64,000 nucleotides of DNA from assembly GCA_003247575.1 (NCBI GenBank), contig QJZC01000025.1, forward strand, positions 6,498-70,497, in the 5' to 3' direction. Shown here one piece after another: positions 29,077 through 36,942 of this stretch. A program made the translations under genes and the position numbers. How positions within the stretch are numbered: the stretch's first letter is position 1; each line of letters starts with the position of its first letter. Under the pieces are notes generated by a model. That model saw only the letters and a list, made by a program, of their open reading frames with translations, did no database searches and was not told the DNA's origin. Origin of the DNA: Pseudomonadota bacterium. GTDB lineage: Bacteria; Myxococcota_A; UBA9160; SZUA-336.

Positions 29077-29555
29077 GATACCTCGAGCTGAAGATCGACT
29101 TCGGGATGCGTTCCGGGACGCGGATCCAGTTCGATCCGAATCGTGTGCGGGTCTGGAGTCGGATCCAGACCAAGCTCCTGCAGCAAGGGCGCTGCTCCAC
29201 AGAGGGCGTAGCGGGAAACACTCTCGAACATTTCCCGTGTTCTCGGGTCGTCTCTCAGGATCGGCCCGTACGCCAGCACGGCCCCGTACGCGTTTCGCCG
29301 ATTGTACGGCCCTCGAAGCTCCGCATACCTCTCGGGGGTCAACTGAATTCGCTGGGGATGCCCCACTGAATCCTCGAAACTGATCCAGAAGTCGGTCGAA
29401 TACGTCTCGAGTCCGCGGGCGGCCGAGAAGACCTTGGGGGCTGGAGACGCGCCCGTCGCTGCAGCCAACCCTCGCAGCCGGGGAGCGGCGAGGACATCTG
29501 CTCCCATCTGCGCGACTCCGAGCACGATTAGAGCGAGTGTCGCGATGTTTCTCAT
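29067..29555 (-). CDS. Secreted hypothetical protein
   Basis: Signal peptide 'MRNIATLALIVLGVAQMGADVLAAP'; no recognisable domain. Confidence 0.4.
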   Translation of the reverse strand: MRNIATLALIVLGVAQMGADVLAAPRLRGLAAATGASPAPKVFSAARGLETYSTDFWISFEDSVGHPQRIQLTPERYAELRGPYNRRNAYGAVLAYGPILRDDPRTREMFESVSRYALCGAAPLLQELGLDPTPDPHTIRIELDPRPGTHPEVDLQLEVSCS

Positions 29556-30304
29556 GAGGACACCTCGCAAACGGCAGGCCGCGCCTCGGGATGATTCACA
29601 TCCCGACCGAGGAGCATCGCAGTCAACCTGTGCTCCGAGTCCTCGGCAAACCCGCAGCGTCCATCGAAGCTCTCCGGATTCTCGAAGGTTCCGAAGAGCA
29701 TGTCCCAGACAGGGAGATCGGCATAGTTCTGAGCGTGCCTACCCATCTCGTGATGGACGCAGTGGCTCTCCGGACGCTGGATGAGATAGCCGATCCAACG
29801 CGGCGTCGAGACGTTCCAGTGATAGAAGAGCTCGGCGAGTCCCGTCAAAGTCACGACCAGTGCGGCCGCCTCTGTGTCGAGCCCAACCACGAGGTAGAGC
29901 ACGGCGCTCGAGAGCAGCCCATTCGCCGCAATCTCGAGTGGATGCTTGTAGAAGCTCGCAACCACCTCGAGCCGCTGCGGGCTATGATGGATTTGATGGA
30001 ACCAGCGCCAAAGGATGGGCGACTGATGACGTGCACGATGCCAGAAGTAGTACACCCACGTAATCGCCAGGTATCCGAGGAGCACCCCTGCGAACGTGCC
30101 GAGCGGAGCGGCCGACCAGGGGCGATGAGCCCGCATCCAATCATCCCAGAGTGAACCTGTCGCGAAGACCATTGCGACCTGAACACCGTTGAGCGCGATC
30201 ACGCGCCAGATCCATCCCGGGACCTCGGGCCACGTCCGACCCGGCGCGAGCCGCTCGATCGCCATCAACACCGCTGCCGCTGCTGCTACGACCCCTGCAA
30301 TCAT
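29552..30304 (-). CDS. Fatty-acid hydroxylase/sterol desaturase superfamily membrane protein
   Basis: His boxes 'HRARHQ', 'HQIHHS', 'HCVHHEMGRH'. Confidence 0.7.
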   Translation of the reverse strand: MIAGVVAAAAAVLMAIERLAPGRTWPEVPGWIWRVIALNGVQVAMVFATGSLWDDWMRAHRPWSAAPLGTFAGVLLGYLAITWVYYFWHRARHQSPILWRWFHQIHHSPQRLEVVASFYKHPLEIAANGLLSSAVLYLVVGLDTEAAALVVTLTGLAELFYHWNVSTPRWIGYLIQRPESHCVHHEMGRHAQNYADLPVWDMLFGTFENPESFDGRCGFAEDSEHRLTAMLLGRDVNHPEARPAVCEVSS

Positions 30305-31144
30305 GCTGCACTCCTACTTCCATGGCTCCAGAGGAGAACTCCCCTCCCCTGGATGCGAGTCGGAAGGATGCGATAGCAGACGCCGTGCCGAGTCCCACCA
30401 GATACCAAAACACCAATGAAATCGGAGGGTTCGAAATCGAGCGGGCGCCCCTCACGCCCCCACCACGAGAGGCTCTCGGACATTCGCTGCACCGCGACAG
30501 TCACCCCACGTACAGCAGCTCGTGTGCAGCCTCCACGCCAGCGGATCTGGCGCGGGCCGCAAGACCGCGTGGGACACGCCCGGCGGGCGAGAACTCCACT
30601 CGGGCATCTTGGAGTGGGCAGCTCACATCAACTCCCATCGCTCAAGCGGTAGCTCCACCCCCAGAGGCTTCCTCGTCCAGTCTTGCGGGTAATCGTATGT
30701 GTCCCCAGCCGACCGCGCGAACGACCTGATCTCTCGCTGGGACAAGTCGAAGAAATATTTCGTCGCCGAGCTCCGGCGAACACGGGAGTGCGTCGACCGA
30801 GTCAAATGCATGCGCCGCGAACGGGACCTACACGCTCTGGCGGCTGCACGCGCGGCAAGCCGTCGAGCTCAGATGTTGGAGAGCCCAGCGACCGGATTCG
30901 AATGGATGCGGCGATGTGCATGCGCGAATGCCGGAGCTCGCGTCGCCCTCTCGGCAGCGTCCGTCAGGTATTCGGATGGAAGCCTGCGCTTGGGGAAGAT
31001 GTGATGCCTGCTCTCACGACTTCCACTGGAGAACGAAGTGACGTAGCATGGGCTCGCCCGGCGCCCTTCCTGAGCGGGTGAATGCGGAGTGGGGAGTCCG
31101 TGAGTGGGGACCGCACCGAAGTTCTGCAGACTCGAGAGGCCAAT

Positions 31145-32854
31145 ATGAGAGGATCTGGGGCCGGCATCGCCGGCTGCTACGGGAACCCCCTCGTGTCGGG
31201 TCGAAGGACGGCAGGTAGGACGGCGGTGAGTCGGCTCCTGCTGTGCCTTGGAATGATGTTCGCGGTGGCGTGCTCGAGCGATAGCGAATCGTCTCGAGAG
31301 GAGTCCCGCGCAGGCGAGCAAGGCGAAGGCCAGCTCGCGCGCGACTCTCGAGCGGAGGGCCAGGAGGCGGAGCTCGATCCGACGATCCCGTTCCTCCAGA
31401 CCCCCCTCATGTCGGACGAGGCGTTCGAGATCTTTCGTCTGATCGACGAGCGCAAGCTCAACGCCGCAGAAGCTCGTATACGCCAGAGGGAAGTCATGCT
31501 GGCCGAGGAACCTATGTTCATGGTGCTGCAGCGGTGGGCGGCGCTGCGCCAGTACGACTGGACCATGACCTCGACCTGGGAAACGAAGCTTCAGGAGTAC
31601 GACGAGCTCACACTGCTCGAGGCGGCAAAGAAGTCGCTCTCGGCTGCGGTCGAGCTCGACCCGAGTGTCGCGCCATTCGCCGCTGACGTGCTGGTGGAGA
31701 CTGCCTCCGAGTCCCTGGCGGCGGCCGCCAAGGAGAATCGAAGCCTCCTGCAGTTCGGCGAGTTGACGATCCTATCGGCGCCAGAGCGTGTTGCGAACGC
31801 ACGAGTGGCGGGTCTGCCGCGAGTGACGGATCAGATCGCAGGGCCGTTTCTGCTCTTCAGCGTAAAGGAGCCCCAGGCTGCACTGAACGATCTCTATGGT
31901 GGGGATCTCCAAGAGCTCGGCAGCATGCAAGCGTTCCAATTGCAGATGCAGTTCAACGCGCTCCAGCTCCAGCCGAACGTCGAACACTTCGGTCCGAGAA
32001 CAGGCCCCTGGTACGAAATGCTCTGGAAGGCACGCGAGCTCGACCCGGACGTTCATCGGCGTTGGGCCGAACCACTGGATGAGGTCGCGCTGCAGTTCAG
32101 GGAGCTGGGACTGTACTACTCGGCACTCGTGTCGAACGTGCAGAGCGAGCTCCTCAGAGGAACCGAATGGGAGGGGGCCGTCCAAGCGTCATGGGCCACG
32201 ATCCAGGCACACCTGACCGAGCCGCGTCGCGCAGACGACCCGTTGGCTCAAGAGCAGCGGGATCTTCTGGCATTGGTTGCCTTCGTGGCGGCCATGGAGG
32301 GCACGCGCGACAGCTACCTCGAGCTCTACAAAGAGGATCGAGGAGGTGTTCGCTCCTTCGTGCAGCACCTGGCGGATCGTGTGCCGCGCCCGTATCTGAT
32401 GACCGCCCTGCGATTCGAGGGCTTGAATCCAGCGCTGCTCCGACTCGACCTGCCCCGACGTGCACCGGCGAGCGTCGCCGCTCCTGCTCCTTCCCCCACC
32501 TCCACGACGGCCGAGATGCAGGAGTCGCGCGAAGCCGCATCGGGCACGGAAGCACCCTCGGGCGCGGGCGTGCAGGAGCCCCAGACGATCACGCGAGTGC
32601 GGCGACCTGAATCCAAGCAACCTGACTCCGGGCAGCCTGAATCCAAACAACCTGAGCCCAAGCAACCAGAGTCGAAGGAGGGCTGCCAAGGTTCGGCCGT
32701 CCTTTGTGCGCGGATCCAGGCAGCCGAGTCCATGGCTCAGAACCAGCCTTGCGAAGCCGTTCGCATTCTCGAGCCGCATCTAGCGCAGCGGGACCGCAAG
32801 GTCGTGGGCATGCACACGTTGGCCCGCGAGGCCTGTCGGGGAGGAACACGATGA
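31145..32854 (+). CDS. Lipoprotein of unknown function with C-terminal PESKQP-type repeats
   Basis: Lipobox 'LGMMFAVAC|SS'. ORF 31082..32854; the ATG at 31145 is the first Met. Confidence 0.55.
   Translation: MRGSGAGIAGCYGNPLVSGRRTAGRTAVSRLLLCLGMMFAVACSSDSESSREESRAGEQGEGQLARDSRAEGQEAELDPTIPFLQTPLMSDEAFEIFRLIDERKLNAAEARIRQREVMLAEEPMFMVLQRWAALRQYDWTMTSTWETKLQEYDELTLLEAAKKSLSAAVELDPSVAPFAADVLVETASESLAAAAKENRSLLQFGELTILSAPERVANARVAGLPRVTDQIAGPFLLFSVKEPQAALNDLYGGDLQELGSMQAFQLQMQFNALQLQPNVEHFGPRTGPWYEMLWKARELDPDVHRRWAEPLDEVALQFRELGLYYSALVSNVQSELLRGTEWEGAVQASWATIQAHLTEPRRADDPLAQEQRDLLALVAFVAAMEGTRDSYLELYKEDRGGVRSFVQHLADRVPRPYLMTALRFEGLNPALLRLDLPRRAPASVAAPAPSPTSTTAEMQESREAASGTEAPSGAGVQEPQTITRVRRPESKQPDSGQPESKQPEPKQPESKEGCQGSAVLCARIQAAESMAQNQPCEAVRILEPHLAQRDRKVVGMHTLAREACRGGTR
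32590..32680 (+). repeat. Tandem ~18-nt repeats (cctgaatccaagcaacct and variants) encoding 'ESKQPDSGQPESKQPEPKQPESK'
   Basis: Directly visible in the sequence. Confidence 0.6.
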
Positions 32855-33498
32855 AGACAGGGGTATCGACGACACCGGTCCAGCTCGGACTGGCTTTGCG
32901 AAGACCGCTGGGCCTGCTGGTGCTCGCATTCGCCTCGAGCCTCGTTGCGACACCGACACAGGCGCAGAGCAACTGGCAGCAGCAGCAAGAGCAGATGATG
33001 CGCCAGCAGCGCGAGCAACAGCGCCGCCAGCAGGAAGCTGCGGCCTACCAGCAGAGACAGCAGCAGGAGATGCAGCGTCGAGAAGAGATGCAGCGCCAGC
33101 AGGACCGGATGAACCAGGAGGCGATGCGGCGTCAGCGCGAGCTCCAGGAGCAGCAGCAACGCTGGAACCAGCAGGAGATGGAGCGTCAGCGCAAGACCCA
33201 AGAGCAGCTCCAGAGGCAGATGCGCGAGTCGTCGGAGCAGCAGCTGGAGCAACAACGTCGCTACTTCGAGGCTCAGCAGCAGGAGGAGTTCCGCCGTCAG
33301 GAAGAGCTCCGAGTAGGGCGCGCCCGCCGGAACGATGAGATGAGTCGACGCGAGGAACAGTCCATCCAGAGCGCACGAGTTCCGGACCCGCTCGATGAGC
33401 AGCGACGCTATGCCGAGCAGATGGAGTGGAAGCGCCGCCGCGAGGCCGAAGTTCTCAAACAGCGCGCGGCAAAGCGCGGCGGCCAGGGAGAACGCTGA
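32850..33498 (+). CDS. Secreted Gln/Arg/Glu-rich coiled-coil protein
   Basis: ATG at 32850 follows GGAGGA. Signal peptide 'MKTGVSTTPVQLGLALRRPLGLLVLAFASSLVATPTQAQS', then QQQEQ/RRQ low-complexity sequence. Confidence 0.5.
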
Positions 33499-33615
33499 GA
33501 GCTCGGCCTGGCGTCGAACGCGGATGGGCAATGCACCCCACCCACCCATCCGTTGACGACAGACCCCTGCGCAATCGGAAGCAGGCCATGGCGCTCTCGA
33601 CGGGCGAGCGAACGG

Positions 33616-33885
33616 CTACTCCAACAGAAGCCGGATCAGTTTCCGCTGACGCGCTCCGAAGGCAGTTGCATGCAGCGACTGAGCGCGCTCGCTGTGCGCG
33701 AGAGCCACCTGAATCTGACCCCGGCCGAGCTCTGCGGCCGCGCGCTCGCGTAGTCGCTGAGCGCGCACGATCAGCAGCATGAGACGCGTCAGATCGGCGC
33801 CGCAACGAGAGCATGTGCGTTCGCTGCGAAAGCGCGCACGACATACGGGGCAAGCGGGAGTGTGGCTCGAAGCCGAACTGGGCAC
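33616..33885 (-). CDS. Small zinc-ribbon protein (89 aa)
   Basis: 'CPVCRARF...CSRCGADL' C4 ribbon. Its start overlaps the Hsp70 stop (translational coupling). Confidence 0.4.
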   Translation of the reverse strand: MPSSASSHTPACPVCRARFRSERTCSRCGADLTRLMLLIVRAQRLRERAAAELGRGQIQVALAHSERAQSLHATAFGARQRKLIRLLLE

Positions 33886-33887
33886 CG

Positions 33888-35783
33888 TCAGCGTCCCTCG
33901 ACGAAGAAGAGAAGCTCGCTCAGCGCGCTGGTGGCGTCCTCGAGATCTGCGGAGTCACGTGCCTCGACCGCCTCGTAAATTCGCTCGTGCGCGGCGATCG
34001 CTTCTTCGCGGTCCTCATCGTGCATCTGCGTGAGCAGTCCTTGCGATCGCTCCACGAGTGCTTGCGCGCGCTCTACGGACTTCTGCCAAGCCGGAGCCAG
34101 GTCGGACTCGCCTTCTGTGGCGCGACCAGCTGGGTCGCCGACGGGATTCTGGACGGGGCTTGTACCCAAGGACTGAGAGGAAGCGAATTCCGAAACATCG
34201 AGCTCACTGCGATCGGGATCGAATGGGGCAACGAACTCCTCATCCTGGAACGCGCGTCCCTGGTGAAGCCCTGCGATGCGCTCCCGCGCGCGTGCGATCT
34301 CACCCTCGGAGCGATGGCGCAGGGCCTGCTCGATCGTGATCTGCTTGCTCTTGCCCGTGCGTTTCTCGATCGCCGAGACGCGCAAGATTCCGTCCAGATC
34401 CAGGCTCATGCGACACAGGATCTCGTTTGCCTCCTCGACCTCGGTGAGCCCCTCGATGCGAAACTGACCGATCGGAATGTTCTTGAGGGCGTCAGGGTCA
34501 TCGCCCTGATAGACCTCGATCTCGACGGTGTCCTGACAGGGGGAGCTCGTGTAGTAGCTCTCCGTGCGCGTGATGGGTAGCGGAACATTACGCTCGATGA
34601 TCGGACGGTAGCAATGCAGATACGGCTCTCCATAGAGCTCGCCCAAGTGGCTGGGACCGAAGGAGTAGGGTGACACGTCTACTAAAATTCGCTCCACATC
34701 CCGCCCTGCCAGTCGAGAAGCCAGAACACCCGCCCCGAGCGCAACACACAGATCCGGATGCACCTCGCGGCTCGGTTCGACCCCAGTTCGTTCCTGCAGA
34801 CGGGTCGCGATCGAGGGGATGCGTGTGGCGCCACCGACCAGCAGGATGCCATCCAGTTGGGTCGCCTGGATCCCGGAGTCCTGGATCGCTCGATGAACGC
34901 TATCGAGTGTACGTTCGAGAAACGGGTCGATCAGCGACTCGAACTCGTCACGCGAGAGCTCCCATGCGAGATGACATCCACTGCCCCCACGCTGGGCCAG
35001 GTTGTCCTCGCGGATCGCTGCGTAGGGCTCGTAGGAAAGCGTTCGCTTGGCCTGCTCTGCGGCCCACCAGAGACGCGACCAGGCGAGGTCGTGCCCCTTG
35101 CGCAGGTCGATCCCGTGCTGTTTCTCGAACTCTTGGGCCAGCCGCTCGGCGATCACGCGATCGAAGTCATCGCCGCCAAGCCGGTTGTCCCCATGGCTCG
35201 CCAGCACCTCAGTCACATCTCCCTCGATTCGCACGATCGAGACGTCGAAGGTACCACCTCCCAGGTCGTACACGAGTTCGGTACGGGGACCGCTCGCCGC
35301 GTGGCCATACGCCAGGCTCGCCGCGGTCGGTTCATTCAAGATGCGGACGACCTCGAGACCCGCGAGCTCTCCCGCCTCACGTGTCGCGAGCCGCTGCGTG
35401 TCGGAGAAATATGCGGGGACCGTGATCACTGCGCGCTCGGGGCGATGACCCAAGTGGGCAGCAGCCCAGTCGACGAGAGTTCGCAGCACGAGCGCCGAGG
35501 CTTCTTGAGGCGTGAGCGTTCGGTCACCGAGCTGCAGCTTGGCACTCGAACCCATCTCGCGCTTGAAGCTGCGCAAGGTCCGCTCCGGCGCGAACAGCGC
35601 CTGATTGCGAGCGGGCTCTCCAACCAACAGGGCTCCCTCGCTGTCCAGACCGACACAGGAGGGAAGGACCTTGCTTACGCCAGGTCCCAGCACCTCGACG
35701 CGGCCGTTCGCGTCTACCCACGCGGCAACCTCCGAGTTGGTAGTACCGAGATCGATGCCTAGAATGGTTTCACTGTTCGACAT
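33888..35783 (-). CDS. Hsp70-family chaperone (DnaK paralog)
   Basis: 'ILGIDLGTTNSEVA', 'DLGGGTFDVSIV', 'VLLVGGATRIP' motifs. Confidence 0.9.
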   Translation of the reverse strand: MSNSETILGIDLGTTNSEVAAWVDANGRVEVLGPGVSKVLPSCVGLDSEGALLVGEPARNQALFAPERTLRSFKREMGSSAKLQLGDRTLTPQEASALVLRTLVDWAAAHLGHRPERAVITVPAYFSDTQRLATREAGELAGLEVVRILNEPTAASLAYGHAASGPRTELVYDLGGGTFDVSIVRIEGDVTEVLASHGDNRLGGDDFDRVIAERLAQEFEKQHGIDLRKGHDLAWSRLWWAAEQAKRTLSYEPYAAIREDNLAQRGGSGCHLAWELSRDEFESLIDPFLERTLDSVHRAIQDSGIQATQLDGILLVGGATRIPSIATRLQERTGVEPSREVHPDLCVALGAGVLASRLAGRDVERILVDVSPYSFGPSHLGELYGEPYLHCYRPIIERNVPLPITRTESYYTSSPCQDTVEIEVYQGDDPDALKNIPIGQFRIEGLTEVEEANEILCRMSLDLDGILRVSAIEKRTGKSKQITIEQALRHRSEGEIARARERIAGLHQGRAFQDEEFVAPFDPDRSELDVSEFASSQSLGTSPVQNPVGDPAGRATEGESDLAPAWQKSVERAQALVERSQGLLTQMHDEDREEAIAAHERIYEAVEARDSADLEDATSALSELLFFVEGR

Positions 35784-35784
35784 T

Positions 35785-36624
35785 TCAGGAAGACTCCTCG
35801 GAGGCGGAGTGCGAGGGAGCGTGGGATCTACGAGACGCGACCTTCACCTGTGCAATACGTAGGATCTCGTCGCCCAGGAGGTACCCGGCGCGAAGCACCT
35901 CCAGCACGAGCCCCTCTTCCGCATCGCTCCTCTCGAGAGCGACTGCCTGCATGCTGTGGGGATCGAAGGGCTTGCCCACGCACTCGATGCGCGACACGCC
36001 GAGCTGCCCCAGCGCTGCGTCGATCTCTGCGAGTGCGAGTGTGTAGCCTTCGGCCAGTGCCCAGGCGGCGCGCTTCAGGGAGTCGAGCTTTTCCGTGCTA
36101 CGCCGTCGCCAGTAGTGGTTGCGCGGCGCCTCGTTCGCCTGCGCAATCAACGTTCGTCCCGCGGAGTCGCCGCGCTCCAGACGTTCGCGCAGATTGAAGA
36201 AGAGCTCGAGCCGATCGCGCTGTACATCCACGCGCGCGCGGGCAACCTGAGTGGCGATTACGCGTTCGAAGTTCGCTGCCGTATCTCCGAGCAACGAGGC
36301 ATCGCGCGCGAGCGGCTCGATCTGATCAGCTAGCTGCTTGAAACTGCGTCCCTGCAGCTTGACCTCCTGGCTGAGTGCCGTCACCGCAGCCCACACCGAG
36401 TAGAGGTCAGACTTGGAGTCGAGGTCGGAGTGCGAGCGCGGCTCGGAGTGCTGCGCACGGTCCTCCGCATCGGCGGGTTGATCCTCCAGGAGTTCTGTGG
36501 CCAGGCCCAGAGGCAGCTCGGGGCCCGCGAGTGCTTCGTCGAGGCGGGCTTCGAAGGCTCGGAGCAGTCGCGTTCGAATGGCCTCGCGTTCGGAATTCCT
36601 CTCTGAACTCGTAGGTGAACTCAT
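35785..36624 (-). CDS. grpE: GrpE-like nucleotide exchange factor
   Basis: C-terminal 'GKPFDPHSMQAV...GLVLEVLRAGYLLGDEILRIAQVKV'. The ATG at 36624 overlaps the upstream TGA stop (ATGA). Confidence 0.65.
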   Translation of the reverse strand: MSSPTSSERNSEREAIRTRLLRAFEARLDEALAGPELPLGLATELLEDQPADAEDRAQHSEPRSHSDLDSKSDLYSVWAAVTALSQEVKLQGRSFKQLADQIEPLARDASLLGDTAANFERVIATQVARARVDVQRDRLELFFNLRERLERGDSAGRTLIAQANEAPRNHYWRRRSTEKLDSLKRAAWALAEGYTLALAEIDAALGQLGVSRIECVGKPFDPHSMQAVALERSDAEEGLVLEVLRAGYLLGDEILRIAQVKVASRRSHAPSHSASEESS

Positions 36625-36932
36625 CGGCCGCGCAGAACCTCGAGCCAGGGAACAGGGCCCGTGTGGATGCGGCGAGGCGGGAGTTCGTCCAGCAGGTCTA
36701 CGAAGCAACCGCAGCCAGGCTCTTCGATCCAGCGCCTCGCGCGCCGCTCCGGACTGCGCACGCGGTCGTAGGCGTCGCGCACGCGCTCGAACTGTTCTGG
36801 CGCTCGGTCCGGTGGAAACTCGCGCACTTTCCGCAGGTAGGCGGCGCGGAGCTCGTCCTCGGTGACGCTCGCCGCGACTTCGAGCACGACGTAGGGATCG
36901 AGCGGACGCAGTGTGTCGGTCACTGAATTCAT
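36621..36932 (-). CDS. J-domain-like protein with variant HPD motif (FPPD)
   Basis: 'DPYVVLEVAASVTEDELRAAYLRKVREFPPDRAPEQFERVRDAYDRV' follows the J-domain pattern but has Pro in place of His in HPD. A CGC motif follows. Confidence 0.55.
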   Translation of the reverse strand: MNSVTDTLRPLDPYVVLEVAASVTEDELRAAYLRKVREFPPDRAPEQFERVRDAYDRVRSPERRARRWIEEPGCGCFVDLLDELPPRRIHTGPVPWLEVLRGR

Positions 36933-36942
36933 CCTCCGCAAA

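Noticed and set aside
30305-31140. Small ORFs (30322..30729, 30699..31004) in the 0.8-kb gap before the lipoprotein gene
   Set aside because: No RBS or homology signal. 30699..31004 has a mildly protein-like start but the evidence is insufficient. Left unannotated.
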